A stretch of 64,000 nucleotides of DNA from Thermoanaerobaculia bacterium (GTDB taxonomy: Bacteria > Acidobacteriota > Thermoanaerobaculia > UBA2201 > DAOSWS01). The translations under genes were made by a program, and so were the position numbers. Below the pieces are notes generated by a model, which did not search any database, was not told the origin of the DNA, and saw only the letters and a program-made list of their open reading frames with translations. Below are positions 30,560 through 41,000 of this stretch, one piece after another. Location of the stretch: assembly GCA_035593605.1 (NCBI GenBank), contig DAOSWS010000005.1:52834-116833 (forward strand), in the 5' to 3' direction. The first letter of the stretch is position 1. Every line of letters starts with the position of its first letter.

Positions 30560-31621
30560 CTAGCTCTCGTTGGCCTTACGGATCTTGTGACGGAACTTTG
30601 CATAGGATCCGTAGTCGAGATAGATCTGTCCCTTATCCAGGTAAAACCGGGTCGTCAACGCCTTTTTCTGGACAGCAGGAAGTTTATCTGTGGCGGTAAA
30701 AATGAACCCGTCGCTACCGGCACCGGAGCCGAACGAGGCCATGAAGATCTTGTCCCCGGGCCTGGCAACATCGAGAATGGCTGTCAGTCCAAGGGGTGAG
30801 GCTCCCGAGTAGGTATTTCCAAGGAGAGGCACAAGCCACCCGGTTTCCATCTGTTCCCGGGTGAAGCCGAGCATTTTTCCAACTCGCATCGGAAATTTTC
30901 CGTTGGGCTGATGAAATACGGCATAGGCAAAATCTGAAGGTTTCATTCCCGATTTTTCCAGCAGGGCTCTGGCGCAACCCGTGATGTGGTGAAAGTAAGC
31001 GGGTTCCCCGGTGAATCGGGCTCCATGCTGGGGATAGTGCTGATACTCCCTTCTCCAGAAATCGGGTGTGTCCGTCATGTAGGAATGGGTAAAGTCCACG
31101 GACGCAAGAACCCCTTCGCCTTTTCCGAAGATGAAGGCGGCCGCACCGGCTGCGGCTGAGTATTCAAGGGCATCACCGGGCGCTCCCTGACTGGTATCGG
31201 CTCCGATTCCCAGGGCAAAGTTCATCTCACCGGACTTAACGTGGGAATAGGCAATGTACATGCCTTCCGATCCTGCTTTGCATGCAAATTCAAGATCGGC
31301 ACAGTGTATGTGGGGCGTGGCTCCGATAGCATCTCCCACGACTGTTCCCGAAGGCTTGACAGCATAGGGGTGAGATTCCGATCCGATGTAAATCGCACCG
31401 ATGTCGGCAGGGTTGATTCCCGCCCGCTTCAGGGCGTTCCGCGCGGCTTCCACGGACATCGTGATGACGTCCTGATCTGGTGCAGGAACCGATTTTTGAG
31501 TAAGGGCAAGCCCACGTTTGTAGCTCTCCGCATCCGCACCCCAGACCTTGGCAATTTCGTCAGCCTTGATCCGGTATCGGGGAATATAAGAGCCGTAACC
31601 TATGATTCCGATCATGTACAC
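30560..31621 (-). CDS. hydroxymethylglutaryl-CoA synthase, archaeal type
   Basis: N-terminus [25 protein letters not shown]…[21 protein letters not shown]…[11 protein letters not shown] matches the short archaeal-type HMGCS. 353 aa. 14 nt upstream of the thiolase. Confidence 0.85.
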   Translation of the reverse strand: MYMIGIIGYGSYIPRYRIKADEIAKVWGADAESYKRGLALTQKSVPAPDQDVITMSVEAARNALKRAGINPADIGAIYIGSESHPYAVKPSGTVVGDAIGATPHIHCADLEFACKAGSEGMYIAYSHVKSGEMNFALGIGADTSQGAPGDALEYSAAAGAAAFIFGKGEGVLASVDFTHSYMTDTPDFWRREYQHYPQHGARFTGEPAYFHHITGCARALLEKSGMKPSDFAYAVFHQPNGKFPMRVGKMLGFTREQMETGWLVPLLGNTYSGASPLGLTAILDVARPGDKIFMASFGSGAGSDGFIFTATDKLPAVQKKALTTRFYLDKGQIYLDYGSYAKFRHKIRKANES

Positions 31622-31731
31622 CTCCTTAGATTGCTTGCATTTCCCGAGTTGGCAAACTCAAAGGACAGTGGGCAGAGTATAGCATAGCCCGACGGGGGAT
31701 TTGCGTTGTTCTTTGATTCGTATTTCCAGTT

Positions 31732-32304
31732 TCAAGCTCTTCCTTTGCTTGCACCTGCACCGAATCCGCCGGCGATAAGATGCGCTGCCCGCAGTGCCTC
31801 CGGAATATGACCGCAAAGGGTTATTTCTGGAATAATGGATGCGATTTCCATTTCCTGTAATCCCGCCGTCTGAATGTAGAGCGGACCGACACGAAGGGGG
31901 ATGCCCGCCCTTTCTATGACTTTATATCGGGCGGAAGGGCGGGAGAGGTTTCCGAGTGCGGAGCGAATGGATGCAAAGTCGGGTTTCTTGCGCATCGTGA
32001 CAAGGACCGGCTTTCCGGTCATTCTGTGAAGGGTGTGGATGTCAACGATATTGAAACCGGCAAGGGTGATTCCATCGAGTACGACCAGGTCGATCTGGTG
32101 AAAAAAACGGCGGCCAATCATGGCCGCCAATTGTCTGGTTGCGTTCCATCCATCCTGGGTGATCGTGGTTGTAAGGACACCTTCCAGATAGTCACGTCCT
32201 CGATAGAGGGCACCCACGACCAGGACGTTGCGCGTCACGTCCCGTCGAAACGGGGCATCATCGATGCCCAGGACTCTAATTTGCTTTCTGTGCGGCGAAT
32301 TCAA
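31732..32304 (-). CDS. conserved hypothetical protein (DUF99/UPF0215-like)
   Basis: N-terminal RVLGIDDAPF motif and size about 190 aa resemble the mostly archaeal DUF99 family. Assignment from memory only. Confidence 0.35.
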   Translation of the reverse strand: MNSPHRKQIRVLGIDDAPFRRDVTRNVLVVGALYRGRDYLEGVLTTTITQDGWNATRQLAAMIGRRFFHQIDLVVLDGITLAGFNIVDIHTLHRMTGKPVLVTMRKKPDFASIRSALGNLSRPSARYKVIERAGIPLRVGPLYIQTAGLQEMEIASIIPEITLCGHIPEALRAAHLIAGGFGAGASKGRA

Positions 32305-33343
32305 GCTCCTGATCGATGATCTCCTTGAACTGTTCCAGCGGCTGTGCGCCCCTCAGCAAACGACCGTTAATGAAAAAAGAGGGGGTTGCCGTCGCTCCAA
32401 GTATCTGAGCCTGTACGACATCGGCATCGATCTGGGCGGCGTATTTGTGTTCATCCATGCATTTTGTGAAGGCGTCGACATCCATACCCAGAGAACCCGC
32501 ATACTCCTTGACTCCATCGGAATTCAGCTTGCTTCGGTTCTGATACATCCAGTCATGAAATTCCCAGAACTTTCCCTGATCCTTGGCACAGAGTGCGGCT
32601 TCAGCGGCAAATCGGGCGCTCTTGTGGAATTCGAGGGGCAGGTTTTTAAAAACGTGGAGAATCTTGCCGTCATAGTCTTTGGCGACCTGCTCGAGAGTAG
32701 ACTGAACCCTTCCACAGTAGGGGCATTCGAAGTCGGAGTATTCCACCAGGACGATGGGTGCATCGGCCGGACCTTTTTTAGGGTCGTTCTCTGTAATCTT
32801 GACATCCAGGCGGGGAGGCTGGATAAAGGTTTTATACTTTGCCTTCGAGAGCAGCTCATTCTTGAAGATCTCCTCCTGCTGCTGAATCTTCTGGCCATCA
32901 AGGAATTCCATGACTTTCTGTCGGGCTTCCTTCTCATCCTGGGGAAGGCGGGACCGATATTGATTCAATGTCTGGGAGATCTCTTCTTCCGTCGGTTTGC
33001 CGGCTTTATCCGTTACGTTCTGCTTGTAATATTCTTCAACGGAAATGTTGAGAGCCGCAGCCTCTTTCTCCTGGAGCTTTAGAAAGATGTAATCCTTTAG
33101 ACCTGAAGAGAGGATCTGATATTCCTGCTGACGGATCTGTCCCAGGGCGGGACCGAGAAATTCCTCCAGCTCAGACCGGGTAATGTCGGCGCCATTGAGT
33201 ACGGCGACGCGATTGTCATTTGCCTTCTGAGCGGGAGTTTTTTTCGCGGCAGCGGGAGCTGCAGGCTGAGCCGTCTGTGTGACTGTAGAACAGCTGACAC
33301 AGAGGAAAAGCATAAACATTCCGAAAAGACTTAGTACTTTCAT
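32276..33343 (-). CDS. DsbA-family thiol:disulfide oxidoreductase lipoprotein with N-terminal chaperone-like domain
   Basis: GGAGG RBS before MKVLSLFGMFMLFLCVSC (lipobox-like). C-terminal thioredoxin domain with CPYC (SDFECPYCGRV). Confidence 0.7.
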   Translation of the reverse strand: MKVLSLFGMFMLFLCVSCSTVTQTAQPAAPAAAKKTPAQKANDNRVAVLNGADITRSELEEFLGPALGQIRQQEYQILSSGLKDYIFLKLQEKEAAALNISVEEYYKQNVTDKAGKPTEEEISQTLNQYRSRLPQDEKEARQKVMEFLDGQKIQQQEEIFKNELLSKAKYKTFIQPPRLDVKITENDPKKGPADAPIVLVEYSDFECPYCGRVQSTLEQVAKDYDGKILHVFKNLPLEFHKSARFAAEAALCAKDQGKFWEFHDWMYQNRSKLNSDGVKEYAGSLGMDVDAFTKCMDEHKYAAQIDADVVQAQILGATATPSFFINGRLLRGAQPLEQFKEIIDQELEFAAQKAN

Positions 33344-33521
33344 CAAAACAACCTCCTGTGGTGCTCTGGCATGGGGCACATCATATCGGGTTTACCCATC
33401 CTTTGCAAGGATGACGGAACAATGGAAGGATCACCTCATACCCCGGACAGAAACGGATTCAGGGGGATGTCATTCCTTTGCTCCGATTGCAGGTACGTTC
33501 CGTCACATTGTACGGATTCGA

Positions 33522-35039
33522 TCACATAAGCGTTGCCAGGCCAATTCCTAAGAGCAATCCCCCGAGAAAATAAAAGATCTCTTTCATGGGCAGGGTGCGA
33601 TCGCTGATCTGAAGATATTGCCAGAACTTTTGAAGCCTCGTATTCGATGGATCGATGGAAAAGGCCTGTCTCATCGTCGTGTTGGCCTTGGCCTTCATCC
33701 CGTTTTCCCAGTAAAGAGAAGCAAGATCCGCCATGATATCTGTGCTCAGCGGGTCGAGATCCAGGGCCCGGCGATAGGAAAGTTCAGCCTCTTTCTGCTT
33801 TCCAGGAATTCGGCGCAGGATCTGTCCCATTTTGAAAAGGTAGAATGAGTTACCCGGGTCATTGTCTACGGACATCTGGATGGCCGTCATAGCATCGGCC
33901 AGCTTCCGATCGCTCAACATCCGCAGGGCATACTGGTAATTGGTCGACGCGGTCTTCAGCTTGACCTGGGTGTCTGAAGGGCTGTCAGCGGGTTCCTTTG
34001 AAGATTCTTTGGGGCGGGGTGCTTCCTTTCGGGTAAGGATATTGTAAGCACGGGTCAGTTCGAGGAAGATGGCTTCCAGCTGATGGGTCAGGTCGGTCAA
34101 TGTTTCCTTAGAACTCTGATCGGGGTGGTAAATGGATAAGAGTGTCTCATACTGTCGCCGGATGTCTATGGGAGTAAAAGTGTCAGGAAGTTCAAGGAAC
34201 TCATTGGGTTCCTGAATACCGATGTGATGGAATTTTTCGACAACCATTTTCCGGGTCAGGGTGAATTCTTCTCCCTCAGCCTTCTGCGGGATCGACAGTG
34301 AATCCCGGGCGGGAGGCGTGCTGGATACTTCAAGGAGGCCGGCCATGACCAGGCCGAAAATCGTTTTCAATAGCTGGAAACGATCGATTTGAGGATTGGA
34401 TTCCAGAATCTGCTCGATTCGAGGGCCTTTATCGGCGTGGTGCAGGATTGTCTTTTCCAGACGATTGGTGCTGGCCTGCTGATAACGCAACCGGACATCC
34501 TGGCTCAGGTGGAGGAATTTCTGCGGGTTGTCGATAACTCGGTCGATGGCCAATGGAGAGTCGATGGCACGGGAAGCTGCAAGAATCAGGTCCGCAGTTG
34601 TTTTTGAAGGCAGAATCTTCCAGCTTACGACCTGTACTTCCGGTCGGAAAGTGACATCGACTTTACGGGATTTGAAAAGCTGGACGAGGGTCTGTTCGAG
34701 TTTTCGGTTCAGCTGGTCTATGATCATTTCCTGCTGAGCCAGGCCCATATCAACCAGGAGACTGCCGAGAGGCCTTCCTTTTGTCGTATCAACCGCTTCC
34801 TGGGCCAGCTCGACATCCCAGGGGCTGATCAGGCCGGATTTAATGATCAACTGGGAGAGGGATTCCTCCGAGTTGGACGAAGAAAGGGCCATAATTCTTC
34901 CTTTGTCCAGGATGAAATTGTACGTTGTATCATCATCTTTGACCTCCACCTGGCCGCTTCGTCCTTCAATGTGCAGCTTGGAGAGGATGAGAGGGAAATA
35001 GGGAGTCGAACTCTGTTCAAAGATTTTCATGGTACACAA
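33522..35039 (-). CDS. J-domain / TPR-repeat protein with DUF4388-like N-terminus and C-terminal TM helix
   Basis: HPD-containing J-like segment (…LLSIYHPDQSSKE…LTRAYNIL). TPR-like repeats near the C-terminus. Terminal hydrophobic helix. 505 aa. Confidence 0.5.
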   Translation of the reverse strand: MCTMKIFEQSSTPYFPLILSKLHIEGRSGQVEVKDDDTTYNFILDKGRIMALSSSNSEESLSQLIIKSGLISPWDVELAQEAVDTTKGRPLGSLLVDMGLAQQEMIIDQLNRKLEQTLVQLFKSRKVDVTFRPEVQVVSWKILPSKTTADLILAASRAIDSPLAIDRVIDNPQKFLHLSQDVRLRYQQASTNRLEKTILHHADKGPRIEQILESNPQIDRFQLLKTIFGLVMAGLLEVSSTPPARDSLSIPQKAEGEEFTLTRKMVVEKFHHIGIQEPNEFLELPDTFTPIDIRRQYETLLSIYHPDQSSKETLTDLTHQLEAIFLELTRAYNILTRKEAPRPKESSKEPADSPSDTQVKLKTASTNYQYALRMLSDRKLADAMTAIQMSVDNDPGNSFYLFKMGQILRRIPGKQKEAELSYRRALDLDPLSTDIMADLASLYWENGMKAKANTTMRQAFSIDPSNTRLQKFWQYLQISDRTLPMKEIFYFLGGLLLGIGLATLM

Positions 35040-35863
35040 TATACAGGAATCTGGGTTCGGTTGACGACAAATTCGGCTGTCGATCCCAGGAGAAGCTCCC
35101 GAATGCGGCTATGGCCACGGAGCCCCAGAAAGAGCATGGAGGAAGGCTGGTCAGCAATGAACTCTACGAGACTTTCTTCGACAGGTCCCTTGAGAAATTC
35201 AGCTTGAATCTCCAGATGATAAGGTTCAAGGTAGGAGGAGGCTCCTTTCAGAATATCAGGAGCCTGTCTGTCATCTTCCCCCGCATGGACCACGGTAAGG
35301 GGAACATTCAGCTTTTCACCAAACCTTGCGGCGTGAGATAGTGCTTTATAGGAAGAATCTGATCCATCGTAAGCAACGATAAATTTCTCCGGCGGCGATG
35401 CTCGATCCGGGACAATAATAAGGGGGCGTGATGTCCGTCGAAGGATATATTCTGCGGTCGATCCCATACGATCGGGATGAAATGCCGCATTCACTCCCTT
35501 GCGGCCAAGAATCAGCAGGTCCACTTTACGAGAGGCTTCCAGGAGAGAGGTTCCAACGGTTCCAATTACACTGCTCACCGAGCACGACACTGAAAATCGT
35601 TCACAGAAGTCGATAAAATTCTGTACGATAAGATCTCCAAGATCAGAAAGAATTTTCTCTTCCTGAGCGGCGTAATTACCAAATGGCTCGAAACCCATGG
35701 ATCCCGCAATATCAGCCATATACTCGGCCTTCAGGTGCGTTGTGTCGACAACGTGAAGGGCGTCCACCTTCGCCCCCCATAGATCGGAAACCCAGAAGGC
35801 AAGGTTGCTCGCATTCCGGGCAATTTCACTTCCGTCGATCCCGAGAAGAAGATGCTTTATCAT
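35027..35863 (-). CDS. tandem universal stress protein (UspA x2)
   Basis: Two UspA halves, each ending in a G-x2-G-x9-G-S ATP motif. 278 aa. Confidence 0.7.
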   Translation of the reverse strand: MIKHLLLGIDGSEIARNASNLAFWVSDLWGAKVDALHVVDTTHLKAEYMADIAGSMGFEPFGNYAAQEEKILSDLGDLIVQNFIDFCERFSVSCSVSSVIGTVGTSLLEASRKVDLLILGRKGVNAAFHPDRMGSTAEYILRRTSRPLIIVPDRASPPEKFIVAYDGSDSSYKALSHAARFGEKLNVPLTVVHAGEDDRQAPDILKGASSYLEPYHLEIQAEFLKGPVEESLVEFIADQPSSMLFLGLRGHSRIRELLLGSTAEFVVNRTQIPVYCVP

Positions 35864-36087
35864 GTCGCCTCCTCCATAGTTCGTACTGCAGGCGTACCTG
35901 TTCTCCCTGGTTCGAAAATAATATGCTGTTTGTCATTATACAGGACTTTCAAAGCCCCGGGATAGTTGATTCGGAATTACCGGGAATATTTTTATTCATG
36001 CCATGTTTTCTTGATCCGGGTAACCGTGTATAATATGCGCTCGTGATTCGGTGCCAGGGCAATTGTCCGGCAGAGAGGAGGTGAATA

Positions 36088-36468
36088 TTGAAAGCGTTAG
36101 GCCTGCATCTGTTGATTGAACTCCATAACTGTGATTCTAAGCTTCTCAACAATGAAGCCATGTTGAGAAAGATCCTTTATACGATTGCGCGCCGAAGTGG
36201 CATGACCCCGTTGAAAGATTCTTTTCATGCCTTTACGCCCCACGGAGTGTCAGGTGTTGTACTCCTGGCGGAATCCCACGTCTCTGTCCACACGTGGCCG
36301 GAACTGGGTTACGCGGCGGTAGATTTCTTCACCTGTAATCTTGAGACCGATTTGTCCCTTGTTGAGAGGATGATGCTTGAATCCTTCAAGCCCTCTCACC
36401 ATGAAGTGATTGTCCAGGATCGGGGTGAGCATGTTCACGTGCCCCAGCGTGTGATCTGCGCTGACTGA
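36088..36468 (+). CDS. speH: S-adenosylmethionine decarboxylase proenzyme, class 1B
   Basis: Self-cleavage/pyruvoyl motif LLAESHVSVHTWPE. 126 aa. Confidence 0.85.
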   Translation: MKALGLHLLIELHNCDSKLLNNEAMLRKILYTIARRSGMTPLKDSFHAFTPHGVSGVVLLAESHVSVHTWPELGYAAVDFFTCNLETDLSLVERMMLESFKPSHHEVIVQDRGEHVHVPQRVICAD

Positions 36469-36471
36469 TTC

Positions 36472-37365
36472 ATGAACTCTTCCCCTCAAAGACATCAGGA
36501 TATCTGGTGGTCTGATATCGAAGGACCTGGAATGAAGGTTTCGATTCGGGTCAGAAAAGTTCTTCACCAGGAAGAGACTCCGTTTCAATCCCTTCTGATT
36601 TTTGAGTCTCTCGATCTCGGGAATGTGCTGGTTCTGGATGGAGCCCTGCAAACGACGCAGAAAGATGAATATTTTTACCATGAACAGTTGATCCATCCGG
36701 CGATCATGGTTGCACCGGATCGAGGGTTGGATGTTCTCCTGATCGGAGGAGGGGATGGGGGAGCGGCGAGGGAAATTCTCAAGCACCCCTCCATTCGAAA
36801 TCTCCATATGGTTGAGATCGATGAACGGGTCGTCACCATGTGCAGAGAGTACTTCCCTGAATTATGGAAGGATGCCAGGGGTCAGGACATTATGAAGGAT
36901 CCCCGGTACAGCCTGACCATCGGAGATGGTCTCGAGTGGGTAAGAAACATGAAGAATACGGGACAGAAGGTCGATATCGTCTATGCGGATGTGTCCGATC
37001 CTACGGGGCCGTCCCTGAGCATCTTCGGAACTGAATTTTACAGAAATGTTCAGGCTGTGTTGCAGGAAGACGGTATCTTTGCGTTCCAGGCCGAGAGTCC
37101 TCTCGGCATGGGATCGGTTCACGAACAGATTCTTACCTGCGCACGCAGTGTTTTTGGAAAGGTTTTTCGCTATACCGGTCCCGTTCCAACCTATCCGGGA
37201 GGGATGTGGTCTTTCGGATTTTGCAGTTCGAAAAATCCTTTACTGACGTCCCCACAATCCTTTGCTGAAGTCGTGGACCGCTATGAAGCCTTATTGGAGA
37301 GAGGAATCTCTTTACGTTTTTATGATCCGTGGTGGCATCGCCACGCCTTTACAGACTTTGTGTGA
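36472..37365 (+). CDS. speE: spermidine synthase (polyamine aminopropyltransferase)
   Basis: VLIIGGGDGG SAM/dcSAM motif. …DVSDPTGP… motif. 4 nt downstream of speH. Confidence 0.85.
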   Translation: MNSSPQRHQDIWWSDIEGPGMKVSIRVRKVLHQEETPFQSLLIFESLDLGNVLVLDGALQTTQKDEYFYHEQLIHPAIMVAPDRGLDVLLIGGGDGGAAREILKHPSIRNLHMVEIDERVVTMCREYFPELWKDARGQDIMKDPRYSLTIGDGLEWVRNMKNTGQKVDIVYADVSDPTGPSLSIFGTEFYRNVQAVLQEDGIFAFQAESPLGMGSVHEQILTCARSVFGKVFRYTGPVPTYPGGMWSFGFCSSKNPLLTSPQSFAEVVDRYEALLERGISLRFYDPWWHRHAFTDFV

Positions 37366-37512
37366 AATATATTTCACTTGAAGTGAAAAGTTTTTCATTT
37401 TAGTTCTTCGGGTAGGATTCGGAAAACGCCTTTCCTGGTTCATCCTGTTTTGATGGAAGTGATTTTTCCCCTCATAAAAAAACCTGGCATCTTTCTTGCT
37501 TAGTTCTTCAAC

Positions 37513-38037
37513 ATGTGGACATTGATCTGCAGGGCTCCCTCGGGTGAAAAGCACATTTATCTCGAGAATGAAGAGTACGCCATTGGATCAGACCCGACAT
37601 GTGACATCTATCTTCCATTTCCCGGCGTACGAAGAGTCCACGCGCTCCTGACTCGAGATACACACTCATATTTTATCCACCCGTTGAAGGGTGTCGCAAA
37701 GCCCATGCTGAACGAAAAGGCGATTCATGATCCTGTTTCCCTGAAGGATGGGGACCGGTTCAGCCTTGGTGACGTGGTGCTGGAAATTCAAATGAAAAAA
37801 GCAGAACCGCTGGCCATGGAGTCTCTGTGGCTCAGCGCGCTGGCGAAGATTCTGGAGCAATATGTGAGTGTCCTGGGTGTTCTGGATCTTGAAACGTTAC
37901 TGGACCTTGTCCGGCAAATCGCTCTCAAGGAGTCGTTGAAGAGGACAAATGGCAATATCCGGGCGGCTGCTGATCTTCTTGGCATATCCAGAAACGGACT
38001 GTACCACCTGATGGATCGACTCGACATTCATCGTTAG
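37513..38037 (+). CDS. FHA-domain protein with C-terminal Fis-type HTH
   Basis: N-terminal FHA fold (…YAIGSDPTCDIYL…GVRRVHALL…). C-terminal HTH_8-like (AAADLLGISRNGLYHLM). No AAA+ module. 174 aa. Confidence 0.6.
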   Translation: MWTLICRAPSGEKHIYLENEEYAIGSDPTCDIYLPFPGVRRVHALLTRDTHSYFIHPLKGVAKPMLNEKAIHDPVSLKDGDRFSLGDVVLEIQMKKAEPLAMESLWLSALAKILEQYVSVLGVLDLETLLDLVRQIALKESLKRTNGNIRAAADLLGISRNGLYHLMDRLDIHR

Positions 38038-38061
38038 GCCGAGAATTTCGAAGGAAATAAT

Positions 38062-41000
38062 TTAGTCGAAGAGAATAGTGGAAATGTCAAATTGCTTCAC
38101 GAAATCAGCAGCATCTCTGGCCGTCAGGGGACGTGAAATATGGTACCCCTGGGCATAGTTGCATCCCAGATCTTTTAGCGCACGGATCTGCTCGGCCATC
38201 TCGACGCCCTCTCCCATGACCTTCATATTCAGGTGATGGCCCAGCGAAATAATAGTAGATACGATTTCCGAACGGTCTTTGGGAGACTTCATCTTCATAA
38301 TGAAAGATCGATCAATTTTCAGAAAATCCAGAGGAAACTGATGCAGGTAACTCAAGGATGAATATCCAGTGCCAAAATCATCCACCAGGAGCTTGACTCC
38401 CAGTGCCTTCAGCTGAAACAGGGTGGATGTGACATCTTCTACCCGTTCCATGATCATACCTTCGGTGATCTCCAGGCCAAGAGAGTCGGGAGAAAGGTTG
38501 CATATGCGGAGGGTTTCACCGATGAATTCGGGAAGGTCAGGCTGGTAGAGAATGTGGTTGGAGAGGTTAACGGTGCAGGACAGATCTGCGCTTTCCTTCG
38601 TGAGGGATTTCCATTCCGAAAGTTGCCGGCATGTTTCTCCAATGACCCACCGATCAATCTCCGCCATATAGCCGGCATCGGTTGCGATCGTAAGGAAGTC
38701 ATCAGGTGTCATCAATCCCCGCTCCGGATGCTTCCATCGTATGAGGGCTTCAAAACCGTGAACTTTGGACAGATCCAGGTTAATAATCGGTTGGTAATGA
38801 AGGTTGAATTCCTTCCGGTTTAACGCGGATCGGAGCTCGTTCTCAAGCTTGAGGATGGATACGGCCCGGGCATGCATGCCGGCTTCAAAGATGGCGTAGG
38901 AGCCTCTGCCCAGAACTTTTGCCTTGTACATGGCTGATTCGGCATCCCGGAGATAGAGCTCCGGGCGGCTGTGAGCGATATGACTGAAGGAAATTCCGAT
39001 ACAGGCTGAGGTGTAGATTTCATGTTCGCCAATCGTGATGGGAGACTGGAAAGAGGTCAGGATCCGATCTGCCAGACGCGTAACCTCGGAAGGATCTTCA
39101 ACATCCTCGACCAGGATGGCGAACTCGTCTCCTCCGAGCCTTGCAACCGTGTCTCCGGGAAGGAGGCTGCCGCGGATTAATTCTCCGGTTCGTATCAACA
39201 GACGATCTCCGATGAGGTGCCCCAGGCTTTCGTTTATCACCTTGAATCGATCCAGATCGATGTGCAGAACAGCAAATGTGGTTTCTTCACTGCGACGGGT
39301 GCGCTCGATCGCCTGACCGAGACGGTCGGTGAAAAGTGCACGGTTGGGAAGAAGGGTCAGTGCATCGTGAAACGCGTCATGGAGAAGCTGCTCCTCTGCT
39401 CTCTTCCGATCGGTGATGTCGGTCTGGGACCCCGCCATTCGTATGGGACGGTTTTCCTCATCCCGCACGGCCATGCCCCTGGCAAGAACCCAGCGGTAGG
39501 TACCATCCCGATGGACGATTCGGAATTCTCTTTCAAAATGGGGCTCGAGGCCAGCCAGGTGAGCCTGAAAAGCACTTTCCACTTCCAGCCTGTCATCCTC
39601 ATGAATCCGTTCCAGCCATTCTCCAGGTTTGCTGCTTATCTCTTCCTCCGCAAATCCAAGCATCGATTTCCACCGGGGTGAATAATAAACCGTGTCATGC
39701 TTTAAATCCCAATCCCAGAGGCCGTCGTTGGCGCCTTTTGCAGCCAGTGCATAGCGGAGTTCACTTTCCTGAAGAGCCGTTTCAGATTTTTTCCGGTTTG
39801 AAGATTCTACCGCAAGGGAAACAAGGTCGGCCATCGATGCCGCGAAGAGTTCCTCATCAAATTCCCACGCTCTTCTTGGGCCAATATGTTCATGACAGAG
39901 GATCCCGATCACTTCTCCGCCGATACGGATCTGGGCATCGATCATGGAGGAAATGTGGTTTGGTTTCAGGTAGCCATTTGCAAATTCTCGCGTTCGGGGA
40001 TCGGTGAGCACGTCGTCGGTGGCTATCGTGCGGGATTCCCGGATCGATTTAAAATAGACCGGGAAATCCGCGACGGCGAGCTGGATACCGGAATCGTGAA
40101 AATCATCGCTTCGCGAATAGAGGTCAATACAGTCTAATTGTTTTCCGTCGCCCGAGAACATCCATACACTGACGCGCTCGACATCAAGGGTCTCTGCGGC
40201 TTTCCGGGTAACCTGACGGATGAAAGCAGGGAGATCGCCATGGGAAAGCTCGGCGCTTTTCGTCAGATCCAGCAGAACCCTGTTCTGGGTTCGAAGACGG
40301 TGATCACTGTCGCGAATAATGCTCTCCGCCCTTTTTCGATCCGTGATGTCGCGGCCGATTCCCTGTAAGGTTCCATCGGGTAGACGGACTGCGGAGATTT
40401 CCACGGGGAATTCCGTTCCATCTTTTCTTTTGAATGTCCGCTCAAGAAGGACCGCACGCTTTTCCCGTAAAGACGGTATCTGAAGGGGAAGGCGTTTCAG
40501 ATCTCGCTCTGGAATCAGTTCAGTGTACAATTTTCCGATTAATTCTTCCTTTGAATACCCTGTCATATTGCATGCAGCCTGGTTGACCTGGAGAATTCGG
40601 GCATCGTCACTGACAATGTAGATGGCATCGGAAGCCTGTTCGATGAGCGTCCGATAACGTACTTCACTTTCGATCACTGCACGCTGGGATTTGACGATCG
40701 ATGTAATATCTTCCACGGTTCCATCGTAGTACAGTACTTCTCCGGCGTCGTTCCGAACGACAGTCGAATTTTCCCTGACAAAGAGAGAGGAACCATCTTT
40801 CCTTTTCCACTCCGCCTCAAACCCCTGAATCGTTCCTGAAGCATGGATGACTTCCAGAAATTCTTTTCTGGTGCATGCATCTTTGTATCCCGATTCTCGG
40901 ACATCGATGGAAGAGAGGTCCTCAAACGATGAATAACCCAGCATGGAAACCAGCGCAGGATTCGCCATCAATACCTTTCCGTCAGGCGAAGTCCGATAGA

